Source: an uncultured Coprobacillus sp. (GTDB taxonomy: Bacteria > Bacillota_I > Bacilli_A > ML615J-28 > CAG-698). Taken from it: DNA of 64,000 bases. Position numbers and translations under genes: made by a program. The stretch spans positions 1,826-65,825 of the forward strand of contig CAYMGD010000006.1 in assembly GCA_964389905.1 (NCBI GenBank), written 5' to 3'. The notes under the pieces are model-generated. The model saw only the letters and a program-made list of their open reading frames with translations, did not search any database and was not told where the DNA came from. This document shows positions 37,579 to 46,593 of the stretch, one piece after another; the stretch's first letter is position 1, and the number at the start of each line of letters is the position of its first letter.

Positions 37579-38085
37579 TTATTCAATATCTTTAAACCAC
37601 CATAAATTGTTTGATGGCTTGTTTTCGTTTAAAGGAAGAAAACCGTTCCTTAGTAAAACATTTTGTGACTTTTGATTGCTTTCTTCCGTTTCAGCAAGCA
37701 CCCTTTTTATGCTATACGTTTTAGACAATTCAATAATTCCTTTTACAGCCTCGGTCATATATCCATTTCCAAAGTGTTTTTTGCCAAGGCCATAACCTAT
37801 TTCCACAATTCCATCATTATGATTTTTAAAGTCTATTGTTCCGATACATTTATTCGTATTCTTTTCAATTATCCAGAAAAAACTCAACCACAGCGTATTT
37901 TCAGGGCTTTTTTCGCATTTTTCAGCTTGTTTTATAATAGTTGTTTTAAACCAGTCATCCATTTCTTCGCCATCATATTTGACTTTAAGTTCTTCTTCTA
38001 GCTTTGGTAAATCATATGTCCATAATTTAAGCATTCTGTCATCAAGTAAGATAGCTTTTAGTCTTTCAGTATTATAATAAATCAT
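37579..38085 (-). CDS. GNAT family N-acetyltransferase (RimJ/RimL-like)
   Basis: The 168-aa protein contains GYGLGKKHFGNGYMTEA. Confidence 0.8.
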   Translation of the reverse strand: MIYYNTERLKAILLDDRMLKLWTYDLPKLEEELKVKYDGEEMDDWFKTTIIKQAEKCEKSPENTLWLSFFWIIEKNTNKCIGTIDFKNHNDGIVEIGYGLGKKHFGNGYMTEAVKGIIELSKTYSIKRVLAETEESNQKSQNVLLRNGFLPLNENKPSNNLWWFKDIE

Positions 38086-38088
38086 TAT

Positions 38089-39135
38089 TTATAATAAATC
38101 ATTATTAAATGGATTAAATGAAGTTTCTTCGTTAAGTTCTAAAATAAATTCAGTAAATAATTGAATTATCTTTTCAACGTCTCTTAAATCGCAAACTTCT
38201 ACTGAAGAGTGCATATATCTTAAAGGAATGCTTATTAAATAGCATGGGATGCCATTAAAGCGTGAAAAGATATTATCTGTATCAGTATATGTTCTTGAAG
38301 TATTAATATCATATTGTACACCAATGCCTAATTTTTCGCTTAATTCAATCATTTTTTCGTGCATAACTTTGTTCATTAATGAACCTATTGTAAGAACAGG
38401 GCCTTTATTTAAAGCCACTTCACCAATACAGTGTTCCAAATGATTAACATCATTAGCATATGTCACATCTACAATCAAAGCACAAGTTGGATTGATTAGG
38501 TTAGCAGCTGACATTGCTCCACGGCCAGTAGTTTCTTCGCCAACTGTTGTTGAGGCGTAAACTCCATTTTTTGTTCCTCTTTCTTTAACTCTTTTTAGTA
38601 CTTCTAAACAGATAAATGCGCCTAGCCTATCATCAAGAGCTCTTGCGGAAAGAATATTTTCGTTAAGTAATCTATAGTCACTACTATGAATAACAGGATC
38701 TCCAACGTTTACAAGTTTTTCTGTTTCTTCTTTAGAATATGTACCTAAATCTAAAACTAAATTTCCTTCTTCAAGTCCACCTTTCTTCATATTTGCAACA
38801 TAGCCAAAAACACCAGGGACTAAGCCTTTTTTTGTTACAACATTTACATGGTGAGTAGCATATGCGTAAGGATTAGTTCCGCCATTTCTAGTAACTTTAC
38901 AAGTACCATCAGCGTTAATTTTTTCAATCACTAAACTTATTTCATCAATATGTCCTGATAATAAAACTTTAACTTGACTTTGAGGATTGATAGCATTAAT
39001 TACATTTAAATTGTCCTGTGTATAAACTTTATCGCTTATACCTTTCATTTCTTCAATCACAAGTTTTTGGATGTTTAGTTCATATCCTGATGGTGATGGT
39101 GTTTTTAGTAATTTGTACAGTAAATCGTAATTCAT
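38089..39135 (-). CDS. M42 family metallopeptidase (glutamyl aminopeptidase / FrvX-type)
   Basis: The 348-aa protein contains SGHIDEI, ALDDRLG and GEETTGRGA. Confidence 0.85.
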   Translation of the reverse strand: MNYDLLYKLLKTPSPSGYELNIQKLVIEEMKGISDKVYTQDNLNVINAINPQSQVKVLLSGHIDEISLVIEKINADGTCKVTRNGGTNPYAYATHHVNVVTKKGLVPGVFGYVANMKKGGLEEGNLVLDLGTYSKEETEKLVNVGDPVIHSSDYRLLNENILSARALDDRLGAFICLEVLKRVKERGTKNGVYASTTVGEETTGRGAMSAANLINPTCALIVDVTYANDVNHLEHCIGEVALNKGPVLTIGSLMNKVMHEKMIELSEKLGIGVQYDINTSRTYTDTDNIFSRFNGIPCYLISIPLRYMHSSVEVCDLRDVEKIIQLFTEFILELNEETSFNPFNNDLL

Positions 39136-39160
39136 ATTTTCTTCTCCTTTAACATTTTAA

Positions 39161-39598
39161 TTAAATATATTTATCAGTTATGTAATTAGTTACTTTATCA
39201 TAAAGATAACTATAATCTTTGATAACATCTTTTAGTATATCAGTACATTCTTCATCATAATCATTATGTTCATATATAAATTCTAAGCCTTTTGAAGTGC
39301 CCATATTAATTGCTTTAAGCATTTCTATACCAACATCAAAATTTTCTTCAAGATTTTTCTTCTTTTCCATCCAAACAACCATTTCCTTACTCATAGATAA
39401 ACTATCGTTAGGTTTAACTTTATGTTTAGATATTTGTTTAGAAACATTTTTTTCATGTTTTTTGAAAACATCTAAGATTTCATTTAACATTTCTTCTACT
39501 TCATCATTCGTTGCTTTTTCTTTGTAAATTCTTGTTATTTTAGAACCCATATGAATGGATTCTAAGAACTTATTTAAATCATCATATTGATTTTTCAT
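39161..39598 (-). CDS. Hypothetical helical protein, possibly a DUF2383/ferritin-like four-helix bundle
   Basis: The 145-aa protein has only a helical periodicity pattern. The family assignment is weak. Confidence 0.4.
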   Translation of the reverse strand: MKNQYDDLNKFLESIHMGSKITRIYKEKATNDEVEEMLNEILDVFKKHEKNVSKQISKHKVKPNDSLSMSKEMVVWMEKKKNLEENFDVGIEMLKAINMGTSKGLEFIYEHNDYDEECTDILKDVIKDYSYLYDKVTNYITDKYI

Positions 39599-39679
39599 TT
39601 GTATAATACCATTCCTTTATTTGCTTTTTATTATTATTTGCTATTGAATAGTTTTTATACTTTTTAAAAACTAATTAAT

Positions 39680-40462
39680 TTATTTATTATAAATTAACTT
39701 ATTTATTATATAAGCAACTCCATCTTCTTCATTTGTAAGAGTAACAAAATCAGCACTTCTTTTTACTTCTTCAGGACTATTACCCATTGCTACACCTACT
39801 CCAGCATATTCTATCATCGATAAATCATTATAATTGTCACCAATAGCTATGCATTCACTGGCTTTGATATTTAAATAATTACATAAAAATTCTAAAGCGT
39901 ATCCTTTTGATACTTCTTTATCAAAAAATTCAAGATAATTATTTGAAGAGAATTCACAATGAATGTCTTGAGATATTTCTTCTAGTTCTTTTTTATATTC
40001 TGTTAGAGTATTATACTTGCCATATAGTATTATTTTATTAACTTTACAAAACTCTTCATTAGAAAAAATAATTGCCTTTTTTCCAGATGTTTTTTCATAA
40101 AATAAAATACTATCATTTATCTCATCAACAAAAAGTTCATTGTTATTCCAAATTATAATATTTGCATTATTTTTCTTAGCAAAATTAATGATAATATCCG
40201 ATATATTTTTATGAAGTAATTTTTCATAAATAACCTTTTTATTGTTATCAGTAATTACACCACCATTATAAGTAATAAATGGTACATCCTCAAAGTAAGA
40301 AAAATATTCTTTTAGACCAGATATTGGTCTTCCTGAAGCAATGGTAACGATAACATCATGGTCATAAGCGTATTTTATAGCTTGGGCAGTGCTTGCAGTT
40401 ATTTGTTTTTGGTTGTTGACTAAAGTTCCATCAACATCTAAGACTATTAATTTATATTTCAT
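39680..40462 (-). CDS. Cof-type HAD-IIB sugar-phosphate phosphatase
   Basis: MKYKLIVLDVDGTL and GDNYNDLSM are present. I moved the start to 40462. Confidence 0.85.
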   Translation of the reverse strand: MKYKLIVLDVDGTLVNNQKQITASTAQAIKYAYDHDVIVTIASGRPISGLKEYFSYFEDVPFITYNGGVITDNNKKVIYEKLLHKNISDIIINFAKKNNANIIIWNNNELFVDEINDSILFYEKTSGKKAIIFSNEEFCKVNKIILYGKYNTLTEYKKELEEISQDIHCEFSSNNYLEFFDKEVSKGYALEFLCNYLNIKASECIAIGDNYNDLSMIEYAGVGVAMGNSPEEVKRSADFVTLTNEEDGVAYIINKLIYNK

Positions 40463-40560
40463 TTTTATATCCCTTAAATTTATTATAGCATAATTTTTAA
40501 TAAAATTAAATATAAAAATAAAAATCATACACGTTTTTTTGTGCATGATTTAGTATTACT

Positions 40561-42675
40561 TTATTGCATTCGTTTTATTATAACTTGTTCATTTAAAACA
40601 TCAATGCAATATGCCATATATGGTGCAATTTCTGATGAAATAATAGCTTTAGCTATTACCGTTTCAATGCTCTTTTGAATAAATCTCTTTATTGGTCTAG
40701 CACCATATAATTCATTAAAACTGCTTTCAATAACATATTTCTTGATATCATTTGTGAATTCAACTTTAATGTTATTTGATGCTAATCTTTGTTTCAATTC
40801 ATTTAATAATTTTTCAACAATCTTAATTTGAACTTCTTTATTTAAAGGATTAAACATTACTATTTCATCTATACGATTAATGAATTCTGGTTTAAAACTT
40901 CTCTTAACAACTTCCATTACGTCTACATAAGCTGATTTAGTATTATTTTTTTCTAGTAAAATATCACTACCTAAATTAGAAGTCATAATAATGATTGTAT
41001 TCTTGAAATCAACAGTTCTTCCTTGAGAATCAGTTATACGTCCATCATCAAGAATTTGAAGCAAAACATTAAATATATCACGATGAGCTTTCTCAATTTC
41101 ATCAAACAAAACTATTGAATAAGGCTTACGTCTTATAGCTTCCGTAAGTTGTCCACCTTCATCATAACCAACATATCCTGGAGGAGCTCCAATCAATCTT
41201 GAGACAGAATGAGGTTCCATATACTCACTCATATCAAAACGAACAATATGAGATTCACTATCAAAAAGTGCTTCAGCTAAACTCTTACAAACCTCAGTTT
41301 TTCCGACTCCTGTTGGGCCTAAAAATAGAAATGATCCAATTGGTCTTCTTTCGTCTTTGATTCCTGCTCTTTGACGTATGATAGCATCACTAACTAGTTC
41401 AATTGCTTCGTCTTGGCCAATTACTCTTTTGGCTAGTGTTTGCTTTAAGTTTAGGAGTTTTTCTTTATCTCCTTTTACTAATTTGTCAATTGGAATACCT
41501 GTAGACATAGATATGATGTGAGCTATATCGTTTTCCGTTACTGTTTCAGATATAAGTTTATCTTCTTTGTTTTCATTACGGCATTCATCTAACTCTTTTT
41601 CAAGTTTAGGAATTATACCATATTGCAGTTCAGCAACTTTTTCATATTTTCCACTGCTCATATTTGTTTCGAGATCGCGACGAGCCTTCTCAAGCTTCCT
41701 TTGTTTTTCTTTGATTATTTCCACTTCTTTTTTCTCTATTTCCCACTTGTTTGTAAGCTCTTTTTCGACTTTTTTCTTATCAATAATTTCCTCTTCAATT
41801 TTTGATAATCTTTCCTTGCTTAAAGCATCAGTTTCTTTTTGTAAGGCTGATTTTTCTATTTGTAATTGTAAAAGTTGTCTTTTTACAAAATCAAGTTCCG
41901 TAGGCATTGAGTTCATTTCAGTTCTAATTGAAGCACAAGCTTCATCAATTAAATCTATTGCTTTATCAGGCAAAAATCTTTCAGTTATATATCTATTAGA
42001 AAGTGTTGCCGCAGAGACAATTGCTGCATCAGAAATTCTTACTCCATGAAATAACTCAAAGCGTTCTTTCAAACCTCTTAAAATGCTTATCGTATCTTCG
42101 ACAGTTGGTTCATTAATCATAACTTTTTCAAATCTTCTTTCAAGAGCTGAATCCTTTTCAATATAATTACGATATTCATTAAGAGTTGTTGCGCCTATAC
42201 AGTGTAGCTCACCACGAGCAAGTAATGGTTTAAGCATATTTCCAGCATCTAGTGCTCCATCAGCTTTCCCAGCTCCAACAATTAAATGAATTTCATCAAT
42301 AAATAGAATGATTTCACCGTTGCTTTCTTTAATTTTATTTAAGACAGCTTTTAAACGTTCCTCAAATTCTCCTCGAAATTTAGCACCAGCAACTAATGCT
42401 CCCATATCAAGTTCATAAATAGTACAATTTTTAAGGTTGTTGGGAACATCGTTACGAACAATACGTGAAGCCAAGCCTTCGATAATTGCCGTTTTACCAA
42501 CACCAGGTTGGCCAATTAAGATAGGATTATTTTTAGTTTTTCGAGCTAGAATTTTAATAATCCTAAATATTTCATCTTCTCTCCCGATGACAGGATCGAT
42601 TTTATTATCTCTTACTGCTTGTGTCACATCACGTCCATATTTTTCTAAAACATTTTCATTTTCTTGATTTTCCAT
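40561..42675 (-). CDS. clpB: ATP-dependent chaperone ClpB lacking the N-terminal domain (704 aa)
   Basis: Two AAA+ modules are present (GQPGVGKTA and GPTGVGKTE) with a long coiled-coil M-domain between them. The protein begins at the [10 protein letters not shown] region. Confidence 0.9.
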   Translation of the reverse strand: MENQENENVLEKYGRDVTQAVRDNKIDPVIGREDEIFRIIKILARKTKNNPILIGQPGVGKTAIIEGLASRIVRNDVPNNLKNCTIYELDMGALVAGAKFRGEFEERLKAVLNKIKESNGEIILFIDEIHLIVGAGKADGALDAGNMLKPLLARGELHCIGATTLNEYRNYIEKDSALERRFEKVMINEPTVEDTISILRGLKERFELFHGVRISDAAIVSAATLSNRYITERFLPDKAIDLIDEACASIRTEMNSMPTELDFVKRQLLQLQIEKSALQKETDALSKERLSKIEEEIIDKKKVEKELTNKWEIEKKEVEIIKEKQRKLEKARRDLETNMSSGKYEKVAELQYGIIPKLEKELDECRNENKEDKLISETVTENDIAHIISMSTGIPIDKLVKGDKEKLLNLKQTLAKRVIGQDEAIELVSDAIIRQRAGIKDERRPIGSFLFLGPTGVGKTEVCKSLAEALFDSESHIVRFDMSEYMEPHSVSRLIGAPPGYVGYDEGGQLTEAIRRKPYSIVLFDEIEKAHRDIFNVLLQILDDGRITDSQGRTVDFKNTIIIMTSNLGSDILLEKNNTKSAYVDVMEVVKRSFKPEFINRIDEIVMFNPLNKEVQIKIVEKLLNELKQRLASNNIKVEFTNDIKKYVIESSFNELYGARPIKRFIQKSIETVIAKAIISSEIAPYMAYCIDVLNEQVIIKRMQ

Positions 42676-42691
42676 ATTTATTTCCCTCCTT

Positions 42692-42718
42692 TTAGCACTC
42701 TTATATCTTGAGTGCTAA
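42692..42718 (-). promoter_or_regulatory. CIRCE element (HrcA operator): perfect TTAGCACTC-N9-GAGTGCTAA
   Basis: Read directly from the sequence. It lies between the -10 and the RBS of clpB. Confidence 0.9.
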
Positions 42719-42722
42719 TTAT

Positions 42723-42750
42723 ATTATATCACACTTTTAAACCTTGTCAA
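42723..42750 (-). promoter_or_regulatory. clpB promoter (TTGACA-N16-TGATATAAT)
   Basis: The -35 is at 42745-42750 and the -10 at 42723-42728. Confidence 0.7.
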
Positions 42751-42827
42751 TACATTATAAAAAAATTATTCGAGTTCAACAACAACTAAATAATTTTTGA
42801 AAATTGTAGCAAAGCAAATGTAATGAC

Positions 42828-43231
42828 TCAGTCAATGAGAAATAGCATAATACATTCACTTATTTTATATGTGTGATATGAAAAATATAACAAAGTATAT
42901 TTTAAGCCACTAGCAAGAACTGGGATAACCCGTTTTATTTCTTTACTGCTAAAAGTAAGAAAGGATGAAACTGCATAATACAGTTTCATCCTTAATGTTA
43001 AAAGTGATGTTTGTTTAAATTTAACACTTTCAGTAGCTAGTTCAGTATTTCTTGCAAATAATTTTTCGTTTATGATATCTTTTACTTGACTAACCGAATA
43101 CTTGTTTATAGCTTTTCCCATTTGGACTACTAGTCCTGTTATCTTTCCACATAAATATCTACTTGGATATGATTCACCATATATAGTCTTAAAGCATACC
43201 TGCTTTTATTGCTAAATAAAGTTTTAGACAT
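42828..43231 (-). other. Uncharacterised ORF fragments: a 30-codon ORF coupled to the upstream stop (TAAATG) and an overlapping open frame of about 130 codons. This may be a decayed gene.
   Basis: Frame A gives MSKTLFSNKSRYALRLYMVNHIQVDIYVER*. Frame B is open from about 43195 to 42828 and includes the 97-aa track ORF. I recognise no family. Confidence 0.25.
42962..42992 (-). terminator. Strong hairpin (12-bp perfect stem) with an interrupted U-tract, a possible terminator of the orphan cassette
   Basis: AGGATGAAACTG-TATTATG-CAGTTTCATCCT is followed by TTCTTACTTTT. It lies inside the 97-aa track ORF. Confidence 0.45.
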
Positions 43232-43756
43232 TTATTTTTTTATAATGAATTTTTTTGTCTTCATACCATAATAATTGCGTTTTTTTGTAGGATTATAACT
43301 TTCAAGAAGCGCATCTACAAATTTATGATTTATGACATCTATTACTTCAGAATAGTCTTCTAATAAAATTGAATATTGATCTGATAAATAAACTTCAACT
43401 GTTTTAACATTATCATTTTTAAAAATAATTTTTATTATTTCATCTAAAAAGTTTAATTTACTATATAAATATTCTTTTTCTTTTGTTTGAAATTCTTTTT
43501 TAGAAAATGCTGAAGCATATTTGAAAGCATCAATATCATCAAATATCTCTTCACATTCAATATTTTTTTTATCATCTGTTACTATGAAATAATTTTTATT
43601 ACAATCTAAAAGTTTTAATATTTCGTTTTGATAATTTTTAGGTTCAAATTTAATACCAAACTTACTATTCTTCATATATTCATTGAGTTGATTATAAATA
43701 TATCTAATATCTTCCTCTTTATGCAATTTTATTAAAAATAAATTTCTAGTACTCAT
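43232..43756 (-). CDS. Hypothetical cytoplasmic protein, 174 aa, no recognisable family
   Basis: The ATG at 43756 is preceded by an AAGGGGGGA RBS. The 192-aa track ORF start would overlap the upstream small ORF. Confidence 0.6.
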   Translation of the reverse strand: MSTRNLFLIKLHKEEDIRYIYNQLNEYMKNSKFGIKFEPKNYQNEILKLLDCNKNYFIVTDDKKNIECEEIFDDIDAFKYASAFSKKEFQTKEKEYLYSKLNFLDEIIKIIFKNDNVKTVEVYLSDQYSILLEDYSEVIDVINHKFVDALLESYNPTKKRNYYGMKTKKFIIKK

Positions 43757-43767
43757 AAAATCCCCCC

Positions 43768-43902
43768 TTAAAAAGGATATACGTTGCCAGTTTTTCCATT
43801 CCAACGCCATTTACCATTATCAGTTTGCTTGTTTAAGTCAACTGATAATATTCCAGCATTACCTAAATCAACATTTAGTCTTTTAAATGCTTTTTTTGCC
43901 AT
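43768..43902 (-). CDS. Small basic protein, 44 aa (MAKKAFKRLNVDLGNAGILSVDLNKQTDNGKWRWNGKTGNVYPF)
   Basis: This ORF is below the track cutoff. A GGAGGT RBS lies 6 nt before the ATG at 43902, and the stop lies 11 nt before the next gene's start. Confidence 0.5.
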   Translation of the reverse strand: MAKKAFKRLNVDLGNAGILSVDLNKQTDNGKWRWNGKTGNVYPF

Positions 43903-43929
43903 ACAAACACCTCCTTAATTTTTTTAGAC

Positions 43930-43958
43930 AAAAAAACTCTCCTACTTCTAAGAGAGTT
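43930..43958 (-). terminator. Leader terminator upstream of the 44-codon ORF
   Basis: AACTCTC-TTAGAAGTAG-GAGAGTT is followed by TTTTTG on the minus strand. Confidence 0.55.
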
Positions 43959-44129
43959 AATATAATCATATATATTCATATATATTATATATTCATATTT
44001 CTTTTTCCATAATATTAAATATACTTGAGGTAATTACTATAACTATCTTAGAAGTATAATACTAACAAAAGTTGTTATTACAACCTTTGCAATTAACCTA
44101 ATTATAGCAAATAATATACGGTTTGTAAA
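43959..44129 (-). promoter_or_regulatory. Promoter (TTTACA-N17-TGCTATAAT) plus a structured leader containing an antiterminator strand
   Basis: The -35 is at 44124-44129 and the -10 at 44101-44106. TACTTCTAAGATAG (44043-44056) is complementary at 13/14 positions to the terminator's 5' arm and loop. Confidence 0.5.
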
Positions 44130-44160
44130 TATGTTTTTTAATTATTTTTTATTATATGAT

Positions 44161-44193
44161 AAAAAATAAAGCACAAATTTTTATTCGTGCTTT
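44161..44193 (-). terminator. Intrinsic terminator overlapping the stop of the CNNM/CorC gene
   Basis: AAAGCAC-N12-GTGCTTT is followed by ATTTTTT. Confidence 0.55.
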
Positions 44194-45440
44194 ATGTCAT
44201 TATTAGTAGGAATAAGTTTTATTTTTTCAACTCTAACGCCATCCATTTCAATGATTTTGAACTGGTATCCTGCAAATTCAAAAGTATCATTTTCTTTAGG
44301 AAAATCATTTAATATTTCAGTACAAAAACCTCCAACTGTTGAATAAGAGCATTCATATTCATCTTCAAATTCTATTAATTCAAAGAAATCATCAACATTC
44401 ATATTGCCATCAATAATATATGAGCCATCAGATTTCTCTTCAACATCCTCTTCGATTTCATCCATTTCATCCCATATTTCTCCAACAACTTCTTCCAACA
44501 AATCTTCTAAAGTTATTATACCTAAAGTTCCCCCAAACTCATCAACAACAATTGCCACATGAGTATGTGTCTCTTTAAATACTTTTAAAATACTTATTAT
44601 TGGTTTAGATTTATGGACAAAGATAGGAGGTGTAATAAGATTCCTAAAATTGAATTTCTTATTATTTATGAAATTTATAATTAGATTACGAGTACTAACT
44701 ACTCCAATTATGTTATCAATTGTATCATCATACACAATTACTCTTGAATACTTAAATATATTTTCATCTTTAATGATATCTTTATAATTATCATTAATAT
44801 CAAAAGCAAATAAATCAACTCTTGGAGTCATAATTTCTCCAGCTGTTGTATCTTTTAATTCGATTGCTGAAGTAAGGAGTTCTTTGGTATCATTATCGAT
44901 ATATCCTTCTTCTTCAATTTCTTCAACCATTGTTTTAAGTTCTTCTTCACTGGTGTCTTCTTCCTCTGTTTTTGGTGTCCAAAGTTTTGATATTTTATCC
45001 AGAGCTTTAGTTATAACTTTCACTAGAGGTCCAAATATAATACTAAACAGCTTTAAAGGTTTTTGGAAAGCAATCGCAAGTTTTGTGCTAAACAATGGCA
45101 ATATTGTTTTAGGAATAATTTCCCCAAACAATAGTAATATGCCAGTAACTATAAAGCCAGCGTATAGTGCACCATTTTTCTCAAATAATCCCACAAAAAG
45201 GATTGTTGCAAACGATGAAGCAGCAATATTAACCAAATTGTTACCAATCAAAATAACTGATATCAATGATGGATAATCTAAAGACATCTCCAAAGCGGCT
45301 TGAGCAGTTTTATTGCCATTTTCTGCCATCTTCTTAAGTTTTATCTTATTGCATTGTGCATAAACAGTTTCAGATCCAGAAAAGAATGCAGATAGTATAA
45401 CTAAAATAACTAGAAGGATAGTAATAAATGTTTTATTCAT
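44181..45440 (-). CDS. CNNM/DUF21-CBS-CorC_HlyC family transporter (TlyC/CorC-like)
   Basis: The 419-aa protein has an N-terminal DUF21 domain (FFSGSETV), a CBS pair and a CorC C-terminal domain. Confidence 0.85.
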   Translation of the reverse strand: MNKTFITILLVILVILSAFFSGSETVYAQCNKIKLKKMAENGNKTAQAALEMSLDYPSLISVILIGNNLVNIAASSFATILFVGLFEKNGALYAGFIVTGILLLFGEIIPKTILPLFSTKLAIAFQKPLKLFSIIFGPLVKVITKALDKISKLWTPKTEEEDTSEEELKTMVEEIEEEGYIDNDTKELLTSAIELKDTTAGEIMTPRVDLFAFDINDNYKDIIKDENIFKYSRVIVYDDTIDNIIGVVSTRNLIINFINNKKFNFRNLITPPIFVHKSKPIISILKVFKETHTHVAIVVDEFGGTLGIITLEDLLEEVVGEIWDEMDEIEEDVEEKSDGSYIIDGNMNVDDFFELIEFEDEYECSYSTVGGFCTEILNDFPKENDTFEFAGYQFKIIEMDGVRVEKIKLIPTNNDIKHE

Positions 45441-46452
45441 TATTACCTCCTAGATCTGATGTTCCTTTTTCGTCGATGTCATCGACTAATTCTTCTAGAA
45501 CATCCTTCATCGTAATCATCCCTATAGTTTTATTTCCTTCTTTAACAATAGCTATATGAGTTTTATGAACTTTAAAGCCATTAAACATATCATCAAGTTT
45601 TATTTTAGGATCTACAACGTAACAAGGCATAAGGCAATCAGTTGCTTTTATCTTATTGTTATGCCAGTATTCTTTTAAATACGTTCTAACGTGTAAAATA
45701 CCTATTATATTATCAATACTTCCTCGATATACAGGAATACGTGAATAAGAGTTTTCCTGAAAATACTTAAGTAAGTATTTATTATTACACTTATTAACAT
45801 CTAGAGCTACTATATCATCTCTTTTAGTAAGAACATCGCTAGCAATTGTATCGCCAAAATCAACTGCCGCAATAATTATCTCACTTTCCTCTTCATCAAT
45901 AACCCCCTCTTCACCGATTTTACCAACAACATCTTGAAAATCATCATCAGTAAATTCTTCTCCTTTTTCTTTATTACAAATTTTGCGGATTAATTTTATT
46001 ATTCCCATAAAAATAATTGCAATTGGGAAAAGAATAATTTTCAGTACATAAATAGGAATAGCTACGTTTATGGCAATCCTATCACTGTTAGCTTTACCAA
46101 TATTCTTAGGTAGTAATTCACCAAAAATAAAAACAATTATTGTTGTTATAATTGTTGTTAAGACAGTTCCTAATGTTTCATTATTCACAAGTCCAACAAT
46201 TAGTAATGTTGCAATAATACTTGTTGCGACATTAACTACATTATTTCCTATCAAAATAACGATTGTTGTATTATCAAATTTCTCTAATATTTTTGTAGCA
46301 GCTTTTGCACGCTTATTGCCATCATCAGCCCATACTTTGATTTTATAGCGATTGCAATTGAGAAATGCTGCTTCGCTTCCCGAAAAGAAAGCACTTAAAA
46401 TAAGTAATCCTATTATAACTATATAGGAAAGAGGGGAACTCGGGTCACCCAT
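45433..46452 (-). CDS. CNNM/DUF21-CBS protein (paralog lacking the CorC C-terminal domain)
   Basis: FFSGSEAAF and a CBS pair are present. I placed the start at the ATG at 46452; the track start is a TTG abutting the RBS. Confidence 0.8.
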   Translation of the reverse strand: MGDPSSPLSYIVIIGLLILSAFFSGSEAAFLNCNRYKIKVWADDGNKRAKAATKILEKFDNTTIVILIGNNVVNVATSIIATLLIVGLVNNETLGTVLTTIITTIIVFIFGELLPKNIGKANSDRIAINVAIPIYVLKIILFPIAIIFMGIIKLIRKICNKEKGEEFTDDDFQDVVGKIGEEGVIDEEESEIIIAAVDFGDTIASDVLTKRDDIVALDVNKCNNKYLLKYFQENSYSRIPVYRGSIDNIIGILHVRTYLKEYWHNNKIKATDCLMPCYVVDPKIKLDDMFNGFKVHKTHIAIVKEGNKTIGMITMKDVLEELVDDIDEKGTSDLGGNNE

Positions 46453-46545
46453 AGTAAAAATCAACTCCTTTTTTCACATAATAAATAATTATATCATATC
46501 TAAAAATTTTGTCAATATACAATATATTAATGCATAACACATTAC

Positions 46546-46577
46546 AAAAAAGTTAGTATATAATAATTACACTAACC
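46546..46577 (-). terminator. Intrinsic terminator after the ABC-2 permease gene
   Basis: GGTTAGT-N13-ACTAACT is followed by T5. Confidence 0.6.
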
Positions 46578-46593
46578 TTTTTAAATATTCAGA

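Noticed and set aside
43959-44100. The idea that the leader is a type III toxin-antitoxin (ToxI-like) repeat RNA, with the 174-aa protein as a ToxN/AbiQ-like toxin.
   Set aside because: The layout of promoter, RNA, terminator and a gene of about 170 aa is superficially similar. However, there are no tandem 30-40-nt repeats, only short ATATGAATATATA-type low-complexity repeats. The protein's N-terminus does not resemble ToxN/AbiQ as I remember them.
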